The notes under the pieces were generated by a model. It was not told the origin of the DNA. It saw only the letters and a list, made by a program, of their open reading frames with translations, and made no database searches. From an uncultured Candidatus Saccharibacteria bacterium (GTDB lineage Bacteria > Patescibacteriota > Minisyncoccia > Phycocordibacterales > PCTT01), in the NCBI GenBank assembly GCA_964566505.1, contig CAZMIM010000002.1, forward strand, positions 46,529-110,528: a DNA stretch of 64,000 nucleotides, given 5' to 3'. How positions within the stretch are numbered: the first letter of the stretch is position 1; each line of letters starts with the position of its first letter. A program made the translations under genes and the position numbers. Of the stretch, positions 21,788 to 30,114 are shown piece after piece.

Positions 21788-22549
21788 TTATTGATGTAAT
21801 TTTTTTAACTCCACCTCATTCATTCCTAGTTGGGTAATCATATACTTACTTCCATTAAAGTGTAAGTGGGCGTTATCGTGTACTAGTCTATGTAGTGTTC
21901 GTCTAAGATTTTTTTTCATAGATGGCTTGATCCATTTTTCTATCTCTTCATAAGTTGCGCCTAAATCGCCTCGTTCATATAACAACAACAAAATATATTG
22001 GCTAGCTTTAAGATTAGGTTTTAAGATTTTTAAAAACCCATCAAAATTTTGAATTGCCGGAATACGTCTTATCACTAAACTATTAATGATTTTCTGAGCT
22101 TCGTCAGCAGCACATCCATGATATAAACGCACAAATTCAGCAAGAGTCCAATCAATTCCAGAGACGACAATTGTTGCGTCTTGCATACTTGGATCTATGT
22201 CATCAGAGAGATGTGCCGCATCTCTATTATTGCGTATATCATAAATTACTCTTAATGTACGAGGAATATGTAAGCGGATTGAATCAGAATGTAAATGCTT
22301 TGGGGTGTTTGAAAGATTAATTGCCAATTTCTCAACGTCTAATTGTCTTCCCAGCGGCGTAAAACTACCAGTCGTTATTTGTTCTAGTAAACGAAAGGCA
22401 GCTTCACAAAATCGTCCACCCTCCACAGCATTCAATCTCAGACCACCAACTTGAAATTCTTGCTTTGCCTCTATATAGGATTCCAAAAGCTCATCAACTA
22501 ATGAGTGGTCAAAATGAGCGTAAAGGCTGGATTGAATAACGGTAAACAT
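21788..22549 (-). CDS. HEPN (Abi_C-like) domain protein with C-terminal winged-helix domain
   Basis: 253-aa ORF. The motif IYDIRNNRDAAHLSDD fits the HEPN R-x4-6-H / Abi_C RN..DAHG pattern. The C-terminus LLLLYERGDLGATYEEIEKWI...LHRLV looks wHTH-like. Confidence 0.5.
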   Translation of the reverse strand: MFTVIQSSLYAHFDHSLVDELLESYIEAKQEFQVGGLRLNAVEGGRFCEAAFRLLEQITTGSFTPLGRQLDVEKLAINLSNTPKHLHSDSIRLHIPRTLRVIYDIRNNRDAAHLSDDIDPSMQDATIVVSGIDWTLAEFVRLYHGCAADEAQKIINSLVIRRIPAIQNFDGFLKILKPNLKASQYILLLLYERGDLGATYEEIEKWIKPSMKKNLRRTLHRLVHDNAHLHFNGSKYMITQLGMNEVELKKLHQ

Positions 22550-22569
22550 AAGCCTGTATTCATTATTTG

Positions 22570-23112
22570 TTACTTGCTAGTTTTCTTTTTTCTTTTAGCC
22601 GAATATTTCTTTCGCTTAACTTTATTCTTTTCTATGGCTTTTTTTACCTCTTCTCGGTCAGGGAGTGCTTCTACCACAGCTTCTCCTAAAACTGACATTT
22701 GTTTATTACCTGCTCCAGCTTTGGCAAAATATCCATCTCTTTCTGCATTTCGAACAAATACGGCAGTGTTTGAGAAATCTGGTTGTGCGGCATCCCGATT
22801 TAGCTTTGTAATATTTTTAGTTTTAAAATGTGGGGTATCAGCATAGTGAGATAGATAATATCCAAGACATGTCACCCTCTCAACCTCAGAAGAAGGCTTT
22901 TTAAGAGACATGAAATCCTTAGGCGTCAAAGGCTGACCATTTTTAGTATTTGGATTATCATTACCAAGCAAATCTGAGCTTGCTTTTAACCCTCCGCCCA
23001 TAATCAACAAGATGACTTCTCGTGCAACTTTCTCTGTAATACTTTTGTCTTTTATTGTTATATCTCCTCCTGATAAATTTAATTTATATAATGGTTGTTT
23101 TTCGTTTTCCAT
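22570..23112 (-). CDS. Hypothetical protein, upstream partner of the HEPN gene; lysine-rich tail
   Basis: 180-aa ORF, 20 nt upstream of the HEPN gene on the same strand. No family recognised. It ends KNKVKRKKYSAKRKKKTSK. Confidence 0.45.
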   Translation of the reverse strand: MENEKQPLYKLNLSGGDITIKDKSITEKVAREVILLIMGGGLKASSDLLGNDNPNTKNGQPLTPKDFMSLKKPSSEVERVTCLGYYLSHYADTPHFKTKNITKLNRDAAQPDFSNTAVFVRNAERDGYFAKAGAGNKQMSVLGEAVVEALPDREEVKKAIEKNKVKRKKYSAKRKKKTSK

Positions 23113-23122
23113 ATATGCTAAA

Positions 23123-23174
23123 TTAGTCTAATAAATCATAAAGTTAGTCTACATATGACTTTTATGACTGTCAA
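23123..23174 (-). promoter_or_regulatory. Promoter with two direct 8-nt repeats (candidate operator) for the two-gene cassette
   Basis: Minus strand TTGACA-17 nt-TAGACT. TAGACTAA occurs twice, 21 bp apart (23123-23130 and 23144-23151). One copy overlaps the -10 box; the other sits just before the ATG. Confidence 0.45.
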
Positions 23175-23298
23175 GTATAAAAATTTATGAAATTTACCAT
23201 TTAACACGAACACTTCAAATCTTTTCTAGAAAAAAATTTCCCCATAAAACCTTCTGTTGTTTTGTATTACTTAGCGCTTAACCCGAAGTGGTTCGCAT

Positions 23299-23327
23299 TA
23301 AAACAACCCGAATTATCGGGTTGTTTT
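23299..23327. terminator. Bidirectional terminator
   Basis: AAAACAACCCGA-ATTA-TCGGGTTGTTTTT. Confidence 0.6.
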
Positions 23328-23366
23328 TATTCCCATAAATATTGTTTTTACAAATCTCTGGGATGT

Positions 23367-23372
23367 TACAAT
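23367..23372 (+). promoter_or_regulatory. -10 box (TACAAT) 8 nt upstream of the pilin ATG, implying a leaderless or near-leaderless mRNA
   Basis: GTTACAATAacaatatATG; the same GTTACAATA box and spacing occur upstream of pilB at 33717. Confidence 0.4.
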
Positions 23373-23380
23373 AACAATAT

Positions 23381-23788
23381 ATGAAAAGAGGTTTTACGCT
23401 CATAGAACTCCTTGTTGTAATAGCAATTATCGCAGTGCTCACATCTGTTGCACTTGCTTCATTTGAGCAAGCAAAAATAAAAGCACGAGACGCACGAAGA
23501 ATGTCTGATCTTGGTGAAATCGAAAACGCACTCAACCTATATTTCACAGAACACAATCTATTCCCTATTGAACCTTCGGTTGTCACAATCACAGGAGAAG
23601 ATGATTTCTCAACAACCCTCGAAACAGGAGGACACATCAGCGAAACTCCAATAGATCCATTTTCTCCAACATACGACTATACATATGTATCAAACTCTTC
23701 AGGAACGACATATACAATTACATTTTGTCTTGAGGGAACATCTATCGCGAGTTATGCTCAAGGATGTAGTAACACACTCACACCATAA
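23381..23788 (+). CDS. Type IV pilin / pseudopilin with prepilin N-terminal methylation motif
   Basis: MKRGFTLIELLVVIAIIAVLTSVAL is the class III signal (G/FTLIE). Confidence 0.85.
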   Translation: MKRGFTLIELLVVIAIIAVLTSVALASFEQAKIKARDARRMSDLGEIENALNLYFTEHNLFPIEPSVVTITGEDDFSTTLETGGHISETPIDPFSPTYDYTYVSNSSGTTYTITFCLEGTSIASYAQGCSNTLTP

Positions 23789-23790
23789 TT

Positions 23791-24234
23791 ATGTTTCAAT
23801 GGCGCACAGCAGAATATGACCTTATAGAAAAAGGAGTTGATTGGTTTATTGCCGTGTTTGTGATTGCGATTTCTATCGCAGTTAGCGCATTTATGTTTGG
23901 AAATATTTTGTTTGGAGTGTTTGTAATTGTTGCAGCCATTGCGCTATCGCTCCAAGGTGCTAGAGATCCAGATATTCTCGATGTTGAAGTAAATGAACGA
24001 GGTATTTCTATAAATGAGAAGTTTCTTGCATATAAAGATCTAAATGCTTTTTGGGTAGAATATGACTCGCAGCTACTTCTAATTCGAACACAAAAATTAT
24101 TTCATCCACATATAGTTCTCCCTGTCACAGATGTAGATAGCGACGAACTCGCCGAGTATTTGTCTAACTTTCTAGAAGAGGAAGAAATGGAAGAATCTCT
24201 CTTTCATAAGATTTTGGAATACTTGGGATTTTAA
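23791..24234 (+). CDS. Hypothetical two-TM membrane protein
   Basis: 147-aa ORF starting 3 nt after the pilin stop. Two adjacent TM helices are followed by a soluble acidic C-terminus. Confidence 0.5.
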   Translation: MFQWRTAEYDLIEKGVDWFIAVFVIAISIAVSAFMFGNILFGVFVIVAAIALSLQGARDPDILDVEVNERGISINEKFLAYKDLNAFWVEYDSQLLLIRTQKLFHPHIVLPVTDVDSDELAEYLSNFLEEEEMEESLFHKILEYLGF

Positions 24235-24236
24235 TT

Positions 24237-24310
24237 TGTGCTCTCGCCAAGAATCGAACTTGGATCACAGGTTCCGCAAACCTGTATTCTATCCATTAAA
24301 CTACGAGAGC
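24237..24310 (-). tRNA. tRNA-Arg (anticodon GCG)
   Basis: Acceptor GCTCTCG/CGAGAGC, anticodon arm CAGGT-TTGCGGA-ACCTG, T-arm CCAAG-TTCGATT-CTTGG. Confidence 0.8.
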
Positions 24311-24351
24311 GTGTGTTGAGTATATCTAAAAAAAACACATTGTTAAACACG

Positions 24352-24380
24352 TTGACCCAAAATACATATAACTGTATTGT
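24352..24380 (+). promoter_or_regulatory. Candidate promoter
   Basis: TTGACC-17 nt-TATTGT; the AGAGG Shine-Dalgarno of the 87-aa ORF follows. Confidence 0.45.
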
Positions 24381-24416
24381 CTTAAATAGAAACTCAAACA
24401 AAACAAGAGGTTTATA

Positions 24417-24680
24417 ATGCACCAACTAAAAGCGCTCGAGGAAAAAGTTTTAGCTGAATTCCCAGAAGCCACCACAGAACTCGACCTTGCAGATAATCCA
24501 AATGGACGTTCTTTTCTTGATATTAATTGGAAAGAAAATTTTGCAACGGTCGGATGGCAGCAAGAACACGGCTTTGCTGTCTGGGAAGAACTAAATACGG
24601 TTTTCGGACAAGGTCCTGACAAGAAAGTTACAAGCCTGGAAGAAGCGTTTGACGAAGTGAAGCGCCTTTTCTCCAGCTAG
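24417..24680 (+). CDS. Hypothetical small protein (87 aa)
   Basis: ORF with its own promoter, Shine-Dalgarno and terminator. No family recognised. Confidence 0.5.
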   Translation: MHQLKALEEKVLAEFPEATTELDLADNPNGRSFLDINWKENFATVGWQQEHGFAVWEELNTVFGQGPDKKVTSLEEAFDEVKRLFSS

Positions 24681-24695
24681 TATCTTAGCCCACTT

Positions 24696-24727
24696 AAAGC
24701 CCCTTCTCACGAAGGGGTTTTGTTTTT
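24696..24727 (+). terminator. Intrinsic terminator
   Basis: AAAG-CCCCTTC-TCAC-GAAGGGG-TTTTGTTTTT. Confidence 0.65.
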
Positions 24728-24728
24728 A

Positions 24729-24757
24729 TTGACTCAAAACCACTAGGGCTGTATTGT
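24729..24757 (+). promoter_or_regulatory. Candidate promoter
   Basis: TTGACT-17 nt-TATTGT; the GAGGAG Shine-Dalgarno of the 110-aa ORF follows. Confidence 0.45.
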
Positions 24758-24788
24758 CTAGAAGGAAACACACAAACAAAGAGGAGTC

Positions 24789-25121
24789 ATGAATACAGAA
24801 CTTCAATATTCTCCTGAATTGGAAAAAGCTATTGAATCAGGCTCGATGCCGATGGAAACCCTTGAATTGGTACAGGAATTCATAAGGAGCGTACATGCGC
24901 AAAAGAGCGGTTTTGACTGCTTTGACAAGGTTGATCTTGAAAAAATTACTCGTATCTATTCACTGATTGGTTTCGAGGATGAAACCAAAACAGTTGTGGC
25001 GCTACGTGTTGAAATTTTCAATGGAGACATTGCTCATCCGCTTAGTATAGTGACCGTTGGTTTCAATGCCGACATGTCAGGCGTAAACGGATTCTCGCTC
25101 ACAAACAAAGAACTTGTGTAG
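24789..25121 (+). CDS. Hypothetical small protein (110 aa)
   Basis: ORF with its own promoter, Shine-Dalgarno and a long convergent terminator hairpin (25126-25170). Confidence 0.5.
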   Translation: MNTELQYSPELEKAIESGSMPMETLELVQEFIRSVHAQKSGFDCFDKVDLEKITRIYSLIGFEDETKTVVALRVEIFNGDIAHPLSIVTVGFNADMSGVNGFSLTNKELV

Positions 25122-25172
25122 CAACAAAAAGCCCGCCAAAGTTTTGTTTTACAAAATTTAGGCGGGCTTTTC

Positions 25173-25436
25173 TTATTGATTGTTTTTGATGAATGCTGAG
25201 AGTCGTGATTTCTTTCGTGCTGCTGTGTTTTTCTTAATGATTCCTCGTTTTGCAGCCTTATCAATTGCTTTGTATGCTTCGTTTAGCTTTTCGTTTGCTT
25301 CCTTTGTCTTTTTGTCTGTTGCAAGAGTCTTTACTTCCTTAACCACGCTATTCATTGCTCGCTTTCTTCGCAGGTTAAAAACGCGCTTCCGATCTGCGCT
25401 TCTGATTGCTTTTTTTGCTCCTTTTGTAATAGCCAT
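25173..25436 (-). CDS. rpsT: 30S ribosomal protein S20
   Basis: MAITKGAKKAIRSADRKRVFNLRRK...AIDKAAKRGIIKKNTAARKKSRL shows canonical S20 composition and motifs. Confidence 0.9.
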   Translation of the reverse strand: MAITKGAKKAIRSADRKRVFNLRRKRAMNSVVKEVKTLATDKKTKEANEKLNEAYKAIDKAAKRGIIKKNTAARKKSRLSAFIKNNQ

Positions 25437-25557
25437 AATTAATTTGTGTGTTGTCGGAAATATATCCGACTACTGAGTGAGCATAATACCATGAAATCAC
25501 CCATGTGCAAGAGAAATATCGTTAATCTCTTGTCAATAAAGGGGTATACTATAGATA

Positions 25558-26133
25558 ATGATAAGGAAAATTAAGGGTACAGTAGAAGAAGTTACTGACA
25601 AACTCGCAATTATAGCCACACAATCAGGGCTTTCATACGGGGTGTATTGCTCTCCAGCAACTCTATCTTCCCTTTCTGTTTCGGAAAAAGAAGTTTCATT
25701 GTGGACAGATTTGGCGGTTCGAGAGAATTCACACGAACTATACGGATTCAACACACACGAAGAACTTTCTTTCTTTGAACTTTTGATTGGAATCTCTGGG
25801 ATTGGCCCAAAAGGCGCTGTGGGAATTCTGTCTGTTGCAGACATAAAGACACTGCGAACTGCTATTGCTTCTGGCGACACATCATATCTCACAAAAGTAT
25901 CAGGTATTGGAAAGAAAAGCGCAGATAAAATAGTGCTAGAGCTTCGGGACAAGATTGGATTGATTGAATCAGACTATACAGATACACTCAAAGAAGACAC
26001 CGAGGCAATAGAGGCACTAAAATCTCTTGGATACACACACATACAAGCACGAGATGCGCTAAAAGAGATTTCTGAAGAAACAAGCGGCGTGTCTGAGCGT
26101 GTGCGCGAAGCGCTAAAATATTTAGGATCATAA
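25558..26133 (+). CDS. ruvA: Holliday junction DNA helicase subunit RuvA
   Basis: MIRKIKGTV...YGF....E...F..LI.ISGIGPK.A..IL is the RuvA OB + HhH pattern. 191 aa. Confidence 0.9.
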   Translation: MIRKIKGTVEEVTDKLAIIATQSGLSYGVYCSPATLSSLSVSEKEVSLWTDLAVRENSHELYGFNTHEELSFFELLIGISGIGPKGAVGILSVADIKTLRTAIASGDTSYLTKVSGIGKKSADKIVLELRDKIGLIESDYTDTLKEDTEAIEALKSLGYTHIQARDALKEISEETSGVSERVREALKYLGS

Positions 26134-26134
26134 T

Positions 26135-27406
26135 ATGGAAAAAATTCTCCGAACAATAAAAAACATAGTCCCAGAGTGGATTCTTAATATTGTATTGCCT
26201 ACATACCATTTTGTTTTGGCGTTTATAAGTGCACTTGTGTATTGGTTCCCTTCTCGGAGGGTCACAGTAATTGGAATCACCGGAACAAAAGGAAAAACAA
26301 GTACCACAGAGATACTCAGTGCAATACTCGAAGAAGCTGGTTACAAAACAGCCGTTGCCGGTACGCTTCGTTTTAAAATCGGAAATGAGGTAACAGAAAA
26401 TAAATACAAAATGACAATGCCTGGTCGCTTCTTTTTACAGCGCTTTATGAGAAAGGCACAAAAAGCAGAATGTCAGTTTGTGATACTTGAAATGACTTCA
26501 CAAGGAGTGCTCCAGTCTCGTCATCGTTTTATTTCTCTTGATGCGCTTATATTCACAAACCTTGCGCCAGAACACATCGAAGCACATGGTTCATATGAAA
26601 ATTATAGAGATGCAAAACTAAAACTCGCCAAACTTCTTGAGCGCTCAAGAAAAAAGAGTCGTGCAATGATTTCAAATGTGGATGATAAAGAAGGAGAGAG
26701 GTTTCTTTCTGTGCGTGTGCCATACAAATACCCCTATTCACTAAAAGACGCAGAACCATACACTCTTCTAAAAGACGGTTCAGAAATGACTGTTGATGAA
26801 ACGCCTATTCATACACACCTTGCGGGAGCGTTTAATATATACAACATGCTCGCAGCTATAAGATGTGCACAACACTTTGGTGTAACAATACAATCTGCAA
26901 AAGACGCGCTTGAAAACTTTAAAGGCATCCGCGGTCGCCTTGAATATATCGATGAGGGACAAGACTTTAATGTGATTGTTGACTATGCACACACACCAGA
27001 CTCTCTTGAGAAGGTATATGAAGTGTTCCAAACCTCAAAAAAGATCTGCGTTCTTGGAAACACTGGAGGAGGGCGTGATAAATGGAAACGAAAAGAGATG
27101 GCCAAAATAGCAGAAAAGCACTGCTCTACAATAATCCTTACCAATGAAGACCCTTACGATGAAAACCCTCAGGACATTGTGGATGAAATGGCTCGAGCAA
27201 TTTCAATACCAAAATACAGAATCATTATGGACAGAAGAGAAGCTATAAAAGAGGCTATAAATATTGCAGAAACTGGAGATACTGTTTTGATTACCGGAAA
27301 AGGTACTGACCCATACATCATGGGACCAAATGGGACGAAAATGGACTGGGATGATGCAATGGTGGCACGAGAAGAGCTTGGGGCTCGCGGTGGTGAGAAT
27401 AAATAA
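26135..27406 (+). CDS. murE: Mur ligase, MurE-like, with short hydrophobic N-terminus in place of domain 1
   Basis: P-loop GITGTKGKTST, the DYAHTPDSLEKVY motif, and C-terminal ITGKG. Only ~45 aa (one hydrophobic helix) precede the P-loop. Confidence 0.75.
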   Translation: MEKILRTIKNIVPEWILNIVLPTYHFVLAFISALVYWFPSRRVTVIGITGTKGKTSTTEILSAILEEAGYKTAVAGTLRFKIGNEVTENKYKMTMPGRFFLQRFMRKAQKAECQFVILEMTSQGVLQSRHRFISLDALIFTNLAPEHIEAHGSYENYRDAKLKLAKLLERSRKKSRAMISNVDDKEGERFLSVRVPYKYPYSLKDAEPYTLLKDGSEMTVDETPIHTHLAGAFNIYNMLAAIRCAQHFGVTIQSAKDALENFKGIRGRLEYIDEGQDFNVIVDYAHTPDSLEKVYEVFQTSKKICVLGNTGGGRDKWKRKEMAKIAEKHCSTIILTNEDPYDENPQDIVDEMARAISIPKYRIIMDRREAIKEAINIAETGDTVLITGKGTDPYIMGPNGTKMDWDDAMVAREELGARGGENK

Positions 27407-27425
27407 TTATTAGTAATATTAGGTT

Positions 27426-28358
27426 ATGAAAGATTTAAAGTGGTTTATCGGAGTACTTATAGCACTTGGTGTCGTCTGGTTTATCACAGGCGGTCCTGAG
27501 CGTGCGTCTTCTCGCGACCCTTTTATTCATCAACCAAACCCAATTGGAGAAGGTGGAACATACAATCATGGTGGTCTCTTCCGAAACTTCTCTATCTTCC
27601 CTTCTTCTGGTTTAAATGTTCCCCAAGACAACAATGAGCTCGAGGATATTATTGAAGATTCAAATGTAAATACTGTATCTCCTTATAGCAATGGAGTAAC
27701 CATGTCTACATCGGGCGCACGAGCCGATGAAGCAGATGATGAATACATAACACTACGAATTGCACAAAATATATCAGAGCCAGTACTTCTAGATGGCTGG
27801 AGACTACGAAGCACCGTAACTGGAACAGATGTTTTGATTAGCGGTGCATCATATCTACCTAGACTTGGTGGAAACAATCAAGAATATACAATCAGAGCAA
27901 ACCCTGGCGACGAGATTATTATCACTACAGGTCGTTCGCCTATTGGAGTTTCATTCAGAACAAATGAGTGTATTGGATACTTAGAGCAGTTCCAAGATTT
28001 TTATCCAAGACTTCCACAACAATGTCCGTATGCAGAAGATGAAATACCGGCTCAATATGAATTTGGCTCAGGCCCGAATGCATTCAACGAGGAGTGTATG
28101 GATATTGTAGAGCGAATTGGACGATGTGAAATAAATACACAAACACTTCCTATTGATATTCAACCTCAATGTAGAGAATTTATAAATAAATCACTCAACT
28201 ACAACGGGTGTGTGGACCTTCATAGTAATGATTCTGATTTTTATGGAGACGAATGGCGAGTATATCTAGGGCGCACACAAGAGCTGTGGAAAGAGCGTCG
28301 AGAAGTTATTGAGCTTGTAGACGCAAACAACCGCGTTATTGACTCTGTTTCATATTAG
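27426..28358 (+). CDS. Secreted protein with lamin-tail-domain (LTD)-like segment
   Basis: N-terminal TM/signal. The segment DEYITLRIAQNISEPVLLDGWRLRS...GDEIIITTG fits the LTD pattern (EY[VI]xL.N....v.L.GW.L). Confidence 0.55.
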   Translation: MKDLKWFIGVLIALGVVWFITGGPERASSRDPFIHQPNPIGEGGTYNHGGLFRNFSIFPSSGLNVPQDNNELEDIIEDSNVNTVSPYSNGVTMSTSGARADEADDEYITLRIAQNISEPVLLDGWRLRSTVTGTDVLISGASYLPRLGGNNQEYTIRANPGDEIIITTGRSPIGVSFRTNECIGYLEQFQDFYPRLPQQCPYAEDEIPAQYEFGSGPNAFNEECMDIVERIGRCEINTQTLPIDIQPQCREFINKSLNYNGCVDLHSNDSDFYGDEWRVYLGRTQELWKERREVIELVDANNRVIDSVSY

Positions 28359-28806
28359 AGAATAAAACTATTCCCGCCGTCACTGAGACGTTGAGTGACT
28401 CTTTTTCTCCAAACATTGGTATTTCAAGTATTGCGTCTGAATTTTTGAGGATTTCATCACTTACACCATCTACTTCATTACCTAAAACATAAAGTTGGTT
28501 CTTTTTTTGAGGTTTAAAATCATACAAAGACACAGAGTTCTTGTCCTGCTCAACAGAAATCACCTCACAATCTTTCTCTAACAACCCCAAGACTTCTTTT
28601 GAATCTTTTAAATATTCCCACTCCACAGACTCTTCTGCGCCGAGGGCTACTTTATGAAAATCTTTTCTCTTGTTCCCAAACCTGTCTAACGGACATGGAG
28701 TATTGCCACAAAGATATATCTTTTTTACACCACGAGCGTCTGCTGTTCTGAAAATCGAACCTACATTATGAACGCTCCTAATGTTTTCAAGTAGAATAAA
28801 AATCAT
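28336..28806 (-). CDS. SpoU/TrmH-family RNA 2'-O-methyltransferase
   Basis: LENIRSVHNVGSIFRTADA...LGNEVDGVS...IPMFGEKESLNVSVTAGIVL are the three SpoU motifs. Confidence 0.8.
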   Translation of the reverse strand: MIFILLENIRSVHNVGSIFRTADARGVKKIYLCGNTPCPLDRFGNKRKDFHKVALGAEESVEWEYLKDSKEVLGLLEKDCEVISVEQDKNSVSLYDFKPQKKNQLYVLGNEVDGVSDEILKNSDAILEIPMFGEKESLNVSVTAGIVLFSNMKQSQ

Positions 28807-28845
28807 ACAAAGTGAATATACATACTCCGTGATACAATTACAACC

Positions 28846-29250
28846 ATGTTAGCACTCTTTCCTTCCCTTCTTGATTTCTCAATACTTGCACCAGTACTAC
28901 TTCGATTAGTTGTAGGGCTTTTGTTTGTGCGATATGGGGTACACAAACTAAATTCAAAAAGACATTCTTTTTATAGAAAAGGTATTGATAAAGAAAAGCA
29001 GGTTTCATCTATGGCTCTTCGCATCATTGGAATGCTCGAGGTGCTCGGTGGAGTATTTTTGGTTCTTGGTCTGTACACACAGCTTGTTTCTCTTGTCCTT
29101 ATTGTGATTGTGTTTATGGCGCTTATTTCAAAACGCTCTGGCAAGATTTCAACAACATTTCCTCAAGAACACTATATTCTTCTTATCGCCGTCCTATTGT
29201 CATTAATGTTTTTAGGTGCGGGAATATTCGCATTTGATATCCCTCTCTAG
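28846..29250 (+). CDS. DoxX-family membrane protein
   Basis: 134-aa, 4-TM ORF with LLRLVVGLLFVRYGVHKL as the DoxX N-terminal pattern. Confidence 0.6.
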   Translation: MLALFPSLLDFSILAPVLLRLVVGLLFVRYGVHKLNSKRHSFYRKGIDKEKQVSSMALRIIGMLEVLGGVFLVLGLYTQLVSLVLIVIVFMALISKRSGKISTTFPQEHYILLIAVLLSLMFLGAGIFAFDIPL

Positions 29251-29291
29251 TAGACTTAAAGCCATATTTGCGATATATTTTTGACTACTAT

Positions 29292-29366
29292 CCGCCCGTA
29301 GCTCAGCTGGTAGAGCAGCAGCCTTTTAAGCTGACGGTCGAAGGTTCGAGTCCTTCCGGGCGGACA
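29292..29366 (+). tRNA. tRNA-Lys (anticodon TTT)
   Basis: Acceptor CCGCCCG/CGGGCGG, D-arm GCTCAGCTGGTAGAGC, anticodon loop CTTTTAA, T-arm GAAGG-TTCGAGT-CCTTC. Confidence 0.8.
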
Positions 29367-29396
29367 TTGATAATAAAAACTCCCTTTTGGGAGTTT

Positions 29397-30110
29397 TTAT
29401 ATTGAAAGAATCACCTCTTCTATTCCCTCTTCAAGATTTAATAATCGTCTTCTGGCTTCGTGGTAAGTGTTACTTAAATCTGTATATACACTCTGTATAG
29501 ACTCCTCACCAAATTTACCCAAAGCACGTTTTGATTTGTTATATACAAAAGGTTTTAGACCTGCCCCATTAGGAGTTTGTGCTTTTCCTGATTGAATCAT
29601 GCTCTTTATCTGCCACAACAACATTGAATGTATCTCTTCTGGTGACACACCTCTACTTAAAGCTTTTTGATACTCAACCCATGCGCCTTGTGCATCTTTT
29701 TGTGCAAAAGCGTCAGTCAAAGGAAAGAGTGTGGGTGCTTTTTTCTTCTCTATTTGTTTTGAATATTCTTTTATCTTAAGAGCGTGTTTTTCAAGCTTTT
29801 TTAGAACCGCTTTAGTTAGAGACTCTTCTTCTAAAACAAAAATATTTTCTGACGAAGCAATGTCTGCGATATTATCAATAAATATTTCTCTTGTGTTTTT
29901 ATCACTGCACACAGAATCAAGCACAATAATATATCGCTTCTCAAAAAGTCCCTGACCAGATATTTTATCTTTTAAAACATCCTCACTAATTGTCTCTGGA
30001 GTAACACGAAACATATTAGAGTCTGGCTTTTTCTCTAAAAGAGCGTCAACAAGTAGCCTTGTCTGCTCCCTAACCTTGTCTATGTCTGTGCCATACATTA
30101 CATACAACAT
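29397..30110 (-). CDS. holA: DNA polymerase III delta subunit-like (HolA-like), short form
   Basis: 237-aa ORF with a weak but collinear HolA pattern (LFEKRYIIVLD..., F.LTDAF..KD...A......L...G..PEEI..ML.WQI). It lies immediately downstream of polA. Confidence 0.5.
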   Translation of the reverse strand: MLYVMYGTDIDKVREQTRLLVDALLEKKPDSNMFRVTPETISEDVLKDKISGQGLFEKRYIIVLDSVCSDKNTREIFIDNIADIASSENIFVLEEESLTKAVLKKLEKHALKIKEYSKQIEKKKAPTLFPLTDAFAQKDAQGAWVEYQKALSRGVSPEEIHSMLLWQIKSMIQSGKAQTPNGAGLKPFVYNKSKRALGKFGEESIQSVYTDLSNTYHEARRRLLNLEEGIEEVILSI

Positions 30111-30114
30111 ATAT

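Noticed and set aside
23278-23637. A 119-aa minus-strand ORF antisense to the pilin gene, and the 24326-24622 ORF antisense to the 87-aa gene.
   Set aside because: The opposite-strand genes have clear signals (a prepilin motif; promoter, Shine-Dalgarno and terminator). The antisense ORFs begin inside terminators or tRNA sequence.
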